51,467 nt of DNA, from assembly GCA_964444385.1 (NCBI GenBank), contig CAYUHD010000004.1, positions 1 to 51,467 of the forward strand, in the 5' to 3' direction. Within the stretch, counting starts at the first letter, position 1. Every line of letters begins with the position of its first letter. The notes beneath the pieces were generated by a model. The model was not told the DNA's origin, made no database searches, and was given only the letters and a program-made list of their open reading frames with translations. Shown here one piece after another: positions 17,708-27,273 of this stretch. The stretch is from an uncultured Gammaproteobacteria bacterium. Lineage in GTDB: Bacteria; Pseudomonadota; Gammaproteobacteria; Magnimaribacterales; D2472. The translations under genes and the position numbers were made by a program.

Positions 17708-18481
17708 TTAATAACGAAAGTGTTTAATCTTATCTCTGCTATTTTTTAAATCGGTCATGGCGTCAATTCCAATGTCTAAATGTTGCTTAGCCCATTTAGA
17801 TGTAACTGCTTGGTCTGATTTCTCCGTCTTAACTCCATCAGGAGTAACAGGAACATCTGAAACTAAAAGCAAAGCACCTCGAGGAATTTCATTGTAATGC
17901 CCCACAATAAAAATAGTTGCAACTTCCATATCAATACCAATGGCCGTAGTATTCTTAAGTTTTTCTAAAAAGGTTTTATCATGCTCCCAAACTCTTCTAT
18001 TAGTGGTATAGATAACTCCTGTTCGATAGTCTGTTCCTGCGTCTAAGATTTTGTCAGAGACAAATTTGTGCAACTTAAAAGAAGGTAATGCTGGAACTTC
18101 TGGAGGAAAGTAATCATTAGAAGTTCCATCACCTCTGATAGCTGCAATAGGTAAAATGAGGTTCCCAATTTCAGACGAATCTTTTAATCCACCACATTTT
18201 CCAAGAAATAGTACCCCTTTCGGCTTCCTCGCAACTAGTAAATCCATAATTGTTGCAGCATTAGGCGAACCGATACCAAAATTAATAATGCTTAAGCCGG
18301 CATCATTCGTGCAGGAGGACATAGGCCTATTTTCACCTTGGACATTAGAATTATATCTATTGGCAAACTGCTCAACGTAATCCTGAAAATTTGTAAGTAG
18401 AATGTAGTCTCCAAAGTCATCTACAGGCATTCCTGTATATCTAGGGAGCCAATCTTTAGCTATATCGTATTTACTATCCAT
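17708..18481 (-). CDS. amn: AMP nucleosidase, short form
   Basis: WLPRYTG, YILLTNF, INFGIGSPNAATIMDLL, LGKCGG, IDME; PNP/UDP-type fold motifs. Confidence 0.85.
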   Translation of the reverse strand: MDSKYDIAKDWLPRYTGMPVDDFGDYILLTNFQDYVEQFANRYNSNVQGENRPMSSCTNDAGLSIINFGIGSPNAATIMDLLVARKPKGVLFLGKCGGLKDSSEIGNLILPIAAIRGDGTSNDYFPPEVPALPSFKLHKFVSDKILDAGTDYRTGVIYTTNRRVWEHDKTFLEKLKNTTAIGIDMEVATIFIVGHYNEIPRGALLLVSDVPVTPDGVKTEKSDQAVTSKWAKQHLDIGIDAMTDLKNSRDKIKHFRY

Positions 18482-18515
18482 GGATCATTATAAACCATGG
18501 TATCAAATGATGCTT

Positions 18516-20594
18516 TTATTGATCTGCTGAGCTTGCAACTCCAGTTAAAACTGCTTGATGTTTAATGTATTCATGAATTTGCTGGGTTTGTTCTATGTTT
18601 AATACATCCTTAAATGATGCCATGCCGCTTCCATGCACTCCACCAAGCACGCTTCCCAAGAATGAGGCATTACCTTGATCATCTAATATTCTTAAATCAG
18701 GAAGCACTCCTCCACCAATTGCCCCAGCTCCATGACAAAATTGACAATGCTCATGATACTCATACTCTCCGCGCGCAATAGTTAGAGCATTAAAATTTAA
18801 TTCAACAATTGTAGGGTTTAATTGAGCTATTGTTGCAACTGGTTCTTCTAGCTTCTCGCCCCCAAGTTTGAATACCATCATTCTGCCGTCTCTTGCTGGA
18901 TTTTCATTAGCTGCTTCAAATGCTCCCAACAAAGCATATGCTCCACCATATCCAACCTGAACAGCTATATATTGCTCGCCATCAATTTTGTATGTAATTG
19001 GAGGGGCAACAATTCCTTGACCAGTATCCATGCTCCATAACAGGTCACCCGAATCTGCTGCATAAGCTATAAATCTTCCATCAGATGTGCCCTGAAAAAC
19101 TAAGTTGCCGTCAGTTGACAAGACTCCGCCACTCCAAGGTCTTTTATATTGAGCTCTCCATACTTCCTGTTGTTTTTTTGGATCCCAGGCAAGCAAATAA
19201 CCTACTGTTGCCGAATCAACCATTGCAAGCTCATCTGGATCTTTTGGAAGATAAGTCATTTCTATTTGTTGAGCAGTATTCCAAGTGGCTGGGTTGTATT
19301 TAAATTTACTATCAGTTGAAAAAATAAATAAAGTTTCTTGAGCAGGAATGTAAACTAAGCCTGTCTTTGGACTATAGGACATTGGATGCCAATTGTGACC
19401 TCCAAGTGGGCCAGGTGTTGTTAAGGCAGGTTGGGATTCATGGTTGGTTTGCTGAATCTCTACAGGTCTTCCAGTTTCAGGGTCTACATGAGAAGCCCAA
19501 TTCATTGGAACAAAACTTTCAGCAGAAATAAATTCACCGTTAGTTCGATCTATCACATAAAAAAAGCCATTTTTAGGAGCTTGCATAATTACTTTTCTGG
19601 GCACGCCATCTAGCTCAATGTCAGCAAGTATCATATGTTGTGTGGCGGTATAATCCCAGGTATCTCCAGGTGTAGTCTGATAGTGCCAGACATACTCTCC
19701 ATTATCAGGATTAATCGCCACTATAGATGAAAGATAAAGATTATCTCCCCCTCCAGGGCTTCGCACATATCTATTCCAAGGAGAACCATTACCTGTTCCA
19801 ATATATAGAAGGTTAAGATCAGGATCATAAGCCATGGAATCCCACACAGTTCCTCCACCGCCCACTTCCCACCATTTCCCCCCAGACCAGGTTTCAGCTG
19901 CTTTTGCTAGAGCTTCTGATTCAAAAGGTTTATCAGGATTTCCTGGAACAGTAAAAAATCTCCATAACATGGATCCATCTTGAATTTCATAGGCAGAAAT
20001 GTAACCTCTTACACCATACTCGGCACCACCATTGCCAATAATAATTTTGCCATCAATAATTCTTGGGGCTCCTGTAATTGTATATGGCTTAGATTTGTCA
20101 ATAGTTAGAACATCCCAATTAACGCTTCCAGATTCTTTATCTAGTGAGATTAAGCGGCCATCAATGGTTGCAAAAATAACTTGGTCGTCCCAAACTGCAG
20201 CTCCTCTATTAACAACATCACAACAAGCATTTCTTGCCCATGCCTTATCAACTTCAGGATCAAATGACCATATCTCTTCACCAGTCTTTGCATCCAATGC
20301 AAACACAATGCTCCAAGGAGCGGTAATAAACATCATGCCATCAACTACAATCGGGGTTGTTTCATGGCCTCTATTTGTACCGGTTTCAAATGACCAAGAA
20401 AGTCCAAGTTCTCCAACATTTGAATCATTGATATCGTTTAATGGACTGAACCTAGATTCATCGTAGGTTCTTCCATGCAACAACCATGACTCATCTTCAG
20501 CGTCTGCATTTAATAATCTTTCAAAGTAAGCATCATTCTCAGAACAACCGAAAAGAAAAAAAATTACTAGAGGTGGCAATAGGTAATATTTCAT
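18516..20594 (-). CDS. PQQ-dependent quinohemoprotein alcohol dehydrogenase (type II, C-terminal cytochrome c)
   Basis: Lipobox FLFGC, vicinal cysteines ACCDVVNRG, GGGTVWD, TPGDTWDYTA, heme motif CQFCH, PDLR. Confidence 0.92.
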   Translation of the reverse strand: MKYYLLPPLVIFFLFGCSENDAYFERLLNADAEDESWLLHGRTYDESRFSPLNDINDSNVGELGLSWSFETGTNRGHETTPIVVDGMMFITAPWSIVFALDAKTGEEIWSFDPEVDKAWARNACCDVVNRGAAVWDDQVIFATIDGRLISLDKESGSVNWDVLTIDKSKPYTITGAPRIIDGKIIIGNGGAEYGVRGYISAYEIQDGSMLWRFFTVPGNPDKPFESEALAKAAETWSGGKWWEVGGGGTVWDSMAYDPDLNLLYIGTGNGSPWNRYVRSPGGGDNLYLSSIVAINPDNGEYVWHYQTTPGDTWDYTATQHMILADIELDGVPRKVIMQAPKNGFFYVIDRTNGEFISAESFVPMNWASHVDPETGRPVEIQQTNHESQPALTTPGPLGGHNWHPMSYSPKTGLVYIPAQETLFIFSTDSKFKYNPATWNTAQQIEMTYLPKDPDELAMVDSATVGYLLAWDPKKQQEVWRAQYKRPWSGGVLSTDGNLVFQGTSDGRFIAYAADSGDLLWSMDTGQGIVAPPITYKIDGEQYIAVQVGYGGAYALLGAFEAANENPARDGRMMVFKLGGEKLEEPVATIAQLNPTIVELNFNALTIARGEYEYHEHCQFCHGAGAIGGGVLPDLRILDDQGNASFLGSVLGGVHGSGMASFKDVLNIEQTQQIHEYIKHQAVLTGVASSADQ

Positions 20595-20658
20595 ATGGGT
20601 AATATAACAAAAGATTGAAAATATTCATCATTTAAAAGCACATAGAGTTCCAAAAATA

Positions 20659-21966
20659 TTAAATACCATAGAAACCAAAAGCAGGCGCAACAAATACACC
20701 AAACGATCCTGGCCAAGGAGAAAATTCTGGAGGTTGATTTTGTGACATAATCACTCCAACCAATCTAGTTTCAGGACTAACAAAAAAATTAGTGCCATAA
20801 AAGCCAGACCAAAAAAAATCTCTGTTTCTATCAACCTGAATTGATTTAGCTGAATTAATTACTACAGCGACTCCAAACCCAAAACCCATACCTTCAACTT
20901 GGTTTGCAATAACTCCAGATTCTATATGAGGGTAAGTCATCATAGAAATCGATTTTGAAGATAGAATCCTTTTTCCGTTGTATTCTCCACCATTCCAAAG
21001 CATTAATGCGAATCTCATATAATCTTCGGCGCTAGAGACTAAACCACTACTTCCTGGTGTCCAATCTAATGGGTTGCTTCTAGGAGTTTCTACAAGATTT
21101 AAATTGAATTTGCCATTTCTAGAATAGACCTTAGCTATTTCATTGTCATTATTTTCTTGACTTAAAAAATTAGTATTATTCATTTCGAGAGGTAAAAAAA
21201 TATTCTCATATAGAAATTGATCAAATTTCTTTCTGGATGCTACCTCAACAACTCTTGCCAAAATATCTGTTGACCAACCATAACGCCATATTTCACCTGG
21301 GTGCTCAAAAAAAGGAAGTTCGATTATTCTATTGACTCTTTCCTCCAAAGATCCAGTGCCTTTGAAAATATTATTTTTTGACCAAATTTTTGCAAGATTT
21401 GACTCCCCTTTATTATCAAGAGAGTCGCTATAACCTGCTCCTGAAGTAAATGTCAGTAAATCAAAAATCGTAATCGGTCTCTTTAAAGGCTCAGTAACTA
21501 ATCTATTATCAATTAATTGATTATCAGATACAGCAACCCTTATTTTTTTTGCAGAGGGTATAAATTTTTCAACTGGATCATCAAGATTTATAAAGCCATC
21601 TTCAATTAGAATTAAAATTGCGACTGCAGTTATTGGCTTTGTCATGGATGCAATTCTGAATCGAGTTTTAGTATTCATTGGAATACTATTATTTATATCA
21701 GACATACCTTTTGCTGTTGCGTGAATAAGTTGTCCATCCTTTGCAAAAAGAGCAACGTATCCTGAGTCAGCTTTTCTCCAAATATTAATATCAAAATAAA
21801 AATCAAGCGCTGCACGCGAAAACCAAGAGAGTTTTTGTGAAGTAATATCTTTGGAATTAGCTGGAGGAATGGATGGTAAACTCACTCCTGGATTAGAGTA
21901 AGAAATTGAAAAAATAATAAAAAATAAACTAGTGATAATAAATAGACCTAGAATACTTTTTTTCAT
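20659..21966 (-). CDS. Serine hydrolase, beta-lactamase/EstB family
   Basis: FRIASMTK (SxxK), LLTFTSG, PGEIWRYG, WSG. Start taken at MKKSIL (21966) because the longer ORF runs into the tRNA. Confidence 0.85.
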   Translation of the reverse strand: MKKSILGLFIITSLFFIIFSISYSNPGVSLPSIPPANSKDITSQKLSWFSRAALDFYFDINIWRKADSGYVALFAKDGQLIHATAKGMSDINNSIPMNTKTRFRIASMTKPITAVAILILIEDGFINLDDPVEKFIPSAKKIRVAVSDNQLIDNRLVTEPLKRPITIFDLLTFTSGAGYSDSLDNKGESNLAKIWSKNNIFKGTGSLEERVNRIIELPFFEHPGEIWRYGWSTDILARVVEVASRKKFDQFLYENIFLPLEMNNTNFLSQENNDNEIAKVYSRNGKFNLNLVETPRSNPLDWTPGSSGLVSSAEDYMRFALMLWNGGEYNGKRILSSKSISMMTYPHIESGVIANQVEGMGFGFGVAVVINSAKSIQVDRNRDFFWSGFYGTNFFVSPETRLVGVIMSQNQPPEFSPWPGSFGVFVAPAFGFYGI

Positions 21967-21979
21967 ATTTACATTATAT

Positions 21980-22064
21980 TGGTAGGGATGGAGGGAGTCG
22001 AACCCCCACACCTTTCGGCACTTGGTTCTAAGCCAAGCGTGTCTACCAGTTCCACCACATCCCC
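21980..22064 (-). tRNA. tRNA-Leu (TAG)
   Basis: Reverse complement GGGGATG...CTTGG-CTTAGAA-CCAAG, long variable arm GCC-GAAA-GGT, GGTTCGACTCC, CATCCCT-A-CCA. Confidence 0.95.
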
Positions 22065-22129
22065 AGAAAGAGAAAGAATTATATTACAGAATAAAGAAAT
22101 ATTAAGAAATTTTATTTATTCAGTTTGAA

Positions 22130-22516
22130 CTAGAAATATGGAATTTCATTTTTTCTTTTTCTATGCGCCATGATGAGAACAAAAATTAAAAATACTTCGC
22201 CAAAAAAAACAAAAAGACTAAATGAATTAAATCCCTCATAAAAAAAGCTGACTATGCGCCCCATTGCAATAAAACCCAATATGTAGGCAATACTAACGGC
22301 AATTGATATGGGGTTATAAGAATATGTAAAACGTATCAACAAATATGCATATGCAATGAATGAACCAGCAAACAATGATCTAAACTCAGAGGCAGTCTCT
22401 GGATTAGTTGCAACAACTGGAATAAATCCTAGATCACTCAAGTCAGGTTTGAACATTACATAACAGCCAATGGCAAATAGACATAAAGCTGAAAAAATAA
22501 TACAAGCTTTCAACAT
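22130..22516 (-). CDS. Small membrane protein, DUF4345-like
   Basis: SEFRSLFAG and MGRIVS motifs, 4 TM segments, C-terminus AHRKRKNEIPYF. Confidence 0.6.
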   Translation of the reverse strand: MLKACIIFSALCLFAIGCYVMFKPDLSDLGFIPVVATNPETASEFRSLFAGSFIAYAYLLIRFTYSYNPISIAVSIAYILGFIAMGRIVSFFYEGFNSFSLFVFFGEVFLIFVLIMAHRKRKNEIPYF

Positions 22517-22729
22517 TTATAAAACTCCCAATACAAATAATGCTAAGAAAAATGCAACCACGCCCATTGCTAACCAAAAATATAGCTCTTTAGTATTACC
22601 AAAACGATAGGCATTAATTGCAAGCCCCCAGCAATAAAGTGGAGCCAAAGTAATAATGATAGAGCTAATCAATATTGCGATCGGTATGAAAGCTAAGACT
22701 AAAAATAATTGCAACGCTAATTTATTCAT
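22517..22729 (-). CDS. Hypothetical small membrane protein (70 aa)
   Basis: Hydrophobic ORF abutting the downstream gene and filling the gap exactly. Confidence 0.55.
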   Translation of the reverse strand: MNKLALQLFLVLAFIPIAILISSIIITLAPLYCWGLAINAYRFGNTKELYFWLAMGVVAFFLALFVLGVL

Positions 22730-22769
22730 AACCTAATGGAACATAATTTTTCAGAGCGTGTCAAATATT

Positions 22770-24578
22770 CTAAGAATTTTCAAGCCATATTGGTGATGTC
22801 CATGCCCTTTCTTGAATGAACTTTGGCGCTGCTGAATCACTTTCTTCTTCACAGTAGGTAGAATTCTTTAAACACAGATCATGTGACCACCGACATGATT
22901 TATTTGCAACAACTCTAACGTAATAATATGCTTCATCGCCTTGATTAAAGTTTGGATCTTCCCAAACTGTGCACATTGACCGAACTCCAGTACCTATCAC
23001 TTGGCAAGAATTTAAATCTAACTGTATTGGATGATGAGTCTTAATGTCATGCACTGAAGTATCAATTTTACCATTATTAATTACGCCTTTTACCACTTGC
23101 AATTTTTCAATATACTGATGTTTCAGTGATGAATCTGCTAAAGCAGAAATAAAAAGTCTAGCTCTTGACATCAGATTGGACTGAGAAGTTGCGCCCATAG
23201 GCACTCCATTTTCATATGCATATGAGATAGCATCTGGGTGATTGCAAAGATCCTCATCCAAGGTCTCTCCTAAAAAAAATCTAACTAAAAATCGTGGTCC
23301 TGATGTCCCATAAACCTCCTTTCGCTTAAGAGCATTAAAAATAGAAGTTCTGCTATTTTCCTCAGCCCAAACGACTGCTAGACCACCAGGGTTAAATTCA
23401 ATATCATCTGGTAGACCCTCTGGAATAGATGTTCTAAATGACTTGCCCGCACCGCCGTGCCCCTGAAAAGCCTCCTCATCAACTGATCCAGGTGTTCCCA
23501 AATGGGTATCCGTGCTTCCAATAAATCCAAACTTAAAAGGATTAATTTTTTGTTCTTTTTGAATAAGCATTCCTTCATTCAAAGCATCACGAACAAAACT
23601 AGATTTCGGCCCCTGAGAAAAGTCTTTACTAAATTTTGATTTAAAATCTTTGTAAGGTAACTGCTCAAAACTACACAAAGGGTCTTGAGAATCTACCGCA
23701 CATTCTGAACTTCCTTTATGTTGAAAAATTTCAACCAATGGCTCTCTAATATTTTGAAGATATATTTCATCTTGATTCGGTTTTTCAAACATAAAGCCAT
23801 TGCTTAAATTTGAATTATGAGGGATCACCATATAATTGCAGTTCTTAGAGCATTCTTGGTCTAGTAGCTCCCATAACTCAGCCCTTGTCGGGGCCTCATA
23901 AAAGCTTACAGGCTGATAGGGAACGTTAGAACTTTCAAATATTATATTTCTATGAAGGTTATTTCCTGAGTATGCTGCTCCTGTCCATTCATAACCAACA
24001 AAGGTTGAAAATTTACAAGTCTCTGTTCTGTCATAATGTTCTTCAGCTGCTTGGATGATTTCCTGCCATGGTATCGTCGCAGCATCCAAACAAATCTCTC
24101 TTGAATTTCCACACATACCTAACGGTTTACCCAGGCTGGCTTTTGCATTCATATAAAAATATGAGAGCTTAGGAAAACTTCTATATACCAGGCATTGGAA
24201 ACCATTATATTTCGGGCTTTTAGGGTCTAAACAAAGTCTGACCTCTCCGAGAAGTTCAGCATGATCAGTGACTGCAGCAAAGTCTAACGGTTGTTTTAAT
24301 TTTGAAATTCTTGAGCTTATTCCATCTTCATTGTAAGGCTGCAAATAAAGCGACTGTCCTTTTGCATATCTATATGCATCATCTGGTGTATTTAAGGTTC
24401 CTTGAGTATTTGCATCAAGTGAGAGAGCAGTGTGAACATGTAAATCACCAAATAGAGGCATTCTATTCTGGACATGAACACTACAGGGCTCCCTGTCTTC
24501 ATTTAGATAGACTTGGTTATCATTTGCAAACAAAGAACTAGATGTTACGGCAAGGTATAAAAAAAATATTTTTTTCAT
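22770..24578 (-). CDS. DUF3604 family exported protein (PHP/amidohydrolase-like metal ligands)
   Basis: FGDLHVHT, VTDHAE, GYEWT, HRN, PHNSNLSNG, QHKGSSEC, GSTDTH, QERAWTSPIW. Confidence 0.85.
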   Translation of the reverse strand: MKKIFFLYLAVTSSSLFANDNQVYLNEDREPCSVHVQNRMPLFGDLHVHTALSLDANTQGTLNTPDDAYRYAKGQSLYLQPYNEDGISSRISKLKQPLDFAAVTDHAELLGEVRLCLDPKSPKYNGFQCLVYRSFPKLSYFYMNAKASLGKPLGMCGNSREICLDAATIPWQEIIQAAEEHYDRTETCKFSTFVGYEWTGAAYSGNNLHRNIIFESSNVPYQPVSFYEAPTRAELWELLDQECSKNCNYMVIPHNSNLSNGFMFEKPNQDEIYLQNIREPLVEIFQHKGSSECAVDSQDPLCSFEQLPYKDFKSKFSKDFSQGPKSSFVRDALNEGMLIQKEQKINPFKFGFIGSTDTHLGTPGSVDEEAFQGHGGAGKSFRTSIPEGLPDDIEFNPGGLAVVWAEENSRTSIFNALKRKEVYGTSGPRFLVRFFLGETLDEDLCNHPDAISYAYENGVPMGATSQSNLMSRARLFISALADSSLKHQYIEKLQVVKGVINNGKIDTSVHDIKTHHPIQLDLNSCQVIGTGVRSMCTVWEDPNFNQGDEAYYYVRVVANKSCRWSHDLCLKNSTYCEEESDSAAPKFIQERAWTSPIWLENS

Positions 24579-24592
24579 TGAAAGTTATCTCT

Positions 24593-24622
24593 AAAAAAAA
24601 CGGCAACCTAAGTTGCCGTTTT
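24593..24622 (-). terminator. Rho-independent terminator of the TonB receptor gene
   Basis: AAAACGGCAAC-CTAA-GTTGCCGTTTT with an A8 run on the + strand (U-tract on the minus strand), 25 bp past the receptor stop. Confidence 0.85.
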
Positions 24623-24647
24623 AAAAAAGTCCTATTAGATCAACTTC

Positions 24648-27179
24648 TTAGAAGTTATATACGAGCTGAGCTCCCAGTTGTCTTCCCATGTTGGTGTTAG
24701 CAGCATAAAACTTAGAAGGTAAGCTTCCGCCACCAGGTAAGTGATAGTCTGAGTAATAAGCTTGAATGTGAGAAAGATCAACATCATTTGTGATATTTTT
24801 TACAAAGAAACTTGCATCCCATACGCCATCTGATGATTTCCAACCCACAATTAAATTAGCTAAAACCAACTCTTTGATCTTAAGATCAGGATTAATAGCG
24901 CTAGTTCTTTCATCTCTCCAGCTAACGTTGTATCGAGTATATCTCTCACCACCCCAATATGCTGGAACTGTATGATCTAAATAAAAAGTCATAGATCTTT
25001 CAGCATCATCGTTAATTCTTTGTCCGCTAACATCTCTGGTTGCAGCCATCATTCCAGTATATAAAGGATTATTGGCATACCCAACAGAACCTGCTTCATA
25101 CTCACTATCAGTTGATGTATAGCTGCCACCTAGAATCAAGTCAGGATTAACAACATATACATACTCAACATCAACACCTGTAATTGAAGCATTGTTGTTA
25201 TTAAAGATTCCGCCCATGACCTGTTTAACAACATCTGGTCCAGCTGCTGTGTAGGTTCTAGCAGAAACGTTATCCCACTTGGTTTGATAGCCATCAATCG
25301 CATAATCATAGTAAGCAGCATTTAGCCTTAATCTACCATCCATGAAAGTACCTTTCATACCAAATTCAGTCATATCAGACTCTTCTTCAGCAAAAGGGAG
25401 TAATGCTGGATTGATTGCAGTAGGAGCAATGGTTGCACCTGGACTTCTAAAACCACTTTCTCTAGCTACATAGATCATGACATCATCAGATAAATAATAT
25501 CCCATCTTTAGGCTTCCAGTCGTTGAATCATTATTAGAATTTTGAAAAGCCAAAGGGATTCTAGGAATTGTCATTCCGCCACCACTCGCTGCTGTCACAA
25601 GAGCAGTAACAGGTAGATATAAATTTTGAGCTCTATATCCAACCATTTCTTGCTCTCTTAAACCTAATTGAATAAAAGCACTATCTGCTATGTTGTATTT
25701 AAAGTTTGCAAAATATGCTTCTGTTTTATTATTCACTGGGATACCCATACAAGTTGTTACAACTGGCTTTTGAGCAAACAAACCAGGGCTTGCTTTTTCA
25801 GCAAGACATGCTTGATTTGGTGTCTTGTATTCAAATCCAACTAGTGGCTTAAATATATGAGGTGCAACCTCATAGTTGTCCATTGAGACATCTAAATCTG
25901 CATCAGTAAATGTTTGTGAATCTCTAGAAAAGAATCCAATGGTGTATTCAAGCTTGTCACTGTCTTGATTAGAGATCCTCATCTCAATAGTCTCAATACC
26001 AGTGAGTGTTCTTACCTCTTGAGGGTAACCATAGGTGTAGGCTCCAGCATAATCTCTATCAATGAGCCCCATAGCATCGGTCTGACCATCTGACCATCTA
26101 ATAGCTAAAGCATGACTGCCCATATCATAATCAATCATTAAATTATGTACTTCAGCACTCGTGTTCTGCCTTGGATTTTGATAGTGTAAAGCAACGCCAT
26201 CTTCAGGTTTTAACCCCTCAGCAGGAATATCTGAATAGCTTGGTCTATGTAAAAATGCCAATTGGCCTGCAGCTGCAGGACCAGCTAAAGCACCAATCGT
26301 AGAAACCCATGCATTTGCTGCGCCAGCATAATCAACTGTTACAGGAGGGAACCATGGGTTTGAGAAGCCTGTTACGAATTTAAAAGCATCAAATGGAAAG
26401 GTTCCATTGCTACCTGCAACTGGTTGAGGATAAATAGAATTTACTTCCATGTTTTGATATTTAAATCTAACTGAAAGAGCATCTGTTGGCTCCCAAGAAA
26501 GACTTATACGACCTGAATCATAAGTATGAGACTCATTAACAGCGGTCCTAATATTTCTTACTTCTTTACCATCGTTATTATTCATGACGCCGGCAACTCT
26601 CATAGACAAAGTGTCGGAGAAATGAAGATCACTTGCAGCCTCTAGAATTGAAGTCATATTATCTGCCCATGTTGTTTTAACGTAGCCATTTCGCTCGTCA
26701 CTACCAACTTGTGCTGATCGCGTATAGATGTGAAGGGCGCCACCAGTGCTAACAACCCCCTGAAGAGTTCCCTGAGCGCCTTTAAGAATTTCTACACGTT
26801 CCGTATCATACATTTGAAGGAACATCTCTCCAGCTCGAAGAGGAACTTCATCAACATAACCTTGAATCGGTTGGTCGTTTCCACCATCAGGATCCATTTT
26901 TTGACCTCGCATGATAATGGTAGATCTTCTAGGATCAATTTGTGTAAACTCAACACCGGATACAACCTGCGCTAATTCACTTAAATCTCTGATTTGATAA
27001 TTATCCAGTGTGCTCCCTGAAACCGCATTAACGGTCTGAGCAATATCCTGAACATTTTCCTCTTTTTTCGTTGCCGTAACTACAACCTCTTCAAGCGCTA
27101 GCTCAGAATCTTGAGCAATAGAAATGCTAGGCGTAGCTACAAAAGCAGCAATTGTTAATATGCTTAATAGTCTCTTCAT
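24648..27179 (-). CDS. TonB-dependent outer-membrane receptor
   Basis: Signal peptide, TonB box LEEVVVTA, plug motif ERVEILKGAQGTL, C-terminal YNF. RBS GGAAGGGG before ATG 27179. Confidence 0.93.
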   Translation of the reverse strand: MKRLLSILTIAAFVATPSISIAQDSELALEEVVVTATKKEENVQDIAQTVNAVSGSTLDNYQIRDLSELAQVVSGVEFTQIDPRRSTIIMRGQKMDPDGGNDQPIQGYVDEVPLRAGEMFLQMYDTERVEILKGAQGTLQGVVSTGGALHIYTRSAQVGSDERNGYVKTTWADNMTSILEAASDLHFSDTLSMRVAGVMNNNDGKEVRNIRTAVNESHTYDSGRISLSWEPTDALSVRFKYQNMEVNSIYPQPVAGSNGTFPFDAFKFVTGFSNPWFPPVTVDYAGAANAWVSTIGALAGPAAAGQLAFLHRPSYSDIPAEGLKPEDGVALHYQNPRQNTSAEVHNLMIDYDMGSHALAIRWSDGQTDAMGLIDRDYAGAYTYGYPQEVRTLTGIETIEMRISNQDSDKLEYTIGFFSRDSQTFTDADLDVSMDNYEVAPHIFKPLVGFEYKTPNQACLAEKASPGLFAQKPVVTTCMGIPVNNKTEAYFANFKYNIADSAFIQLGLREQEMVGYRAQNLYLPVTALVTAASGGGMTIPRIPLAFQNSNNDSTTGSLKMGYYLSDDVMIYVARESGFRSPGATIAPTAINPALLPFAEEESDMTEFGMKGTFMDGRLRLNAAYYDYAIDGYQTKWDNVSARTYTAAGPDVVKQVMGGIFNNNNASITGVDVEYVYVVNPDLILGGSYTSTDSEYEAGSVGYANNPLYTGMMAATRDVSGQRINDDAERSMTFYLDHTVPAYWGGERYTRYNVSWRDERTSAINPDLKIKELVLANLIVGWKSSDGVWDASFFVKNITNDVDLSHIQAYYSDYHLPGGGSLPSKFYAANTNMGRQLGAQLVYNF

Positions 27180-27273
27180 GGTTTCCCCCTTCCAATGTGA
27201 AGAATGTATAGTTGAAAATATACCTGTTTTTTGGCTAAATCCCAAACTTTTTACTTAAAAGTAAAAATAAATT

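Noticed and set aside
20659-21966. Antibiotic-resistance beta-lactamase
   Set aside because: SxxK family membership alone is not enough; it lacks the AmpC YxN/KTG pattern and looks like an EstB-type esterase.
21967-22011. Longer start for the serine hydrolase
   Set aside because: It overlaps tRNA-Leu; MKKSIL at 21966 begins a normal signal/anchor sequence.
10564-22064. Possible genomic island bounded by the two tRNAs
   Set aside because: No integrase or transposase, no duplicated tRNA 3' end noticed, and the content is metabolic/housekeeping with similar base composition.
27180-27245. Longer start for the TonB receptor
   Set aside because: RBS and signal peptide fit ATG 27179.
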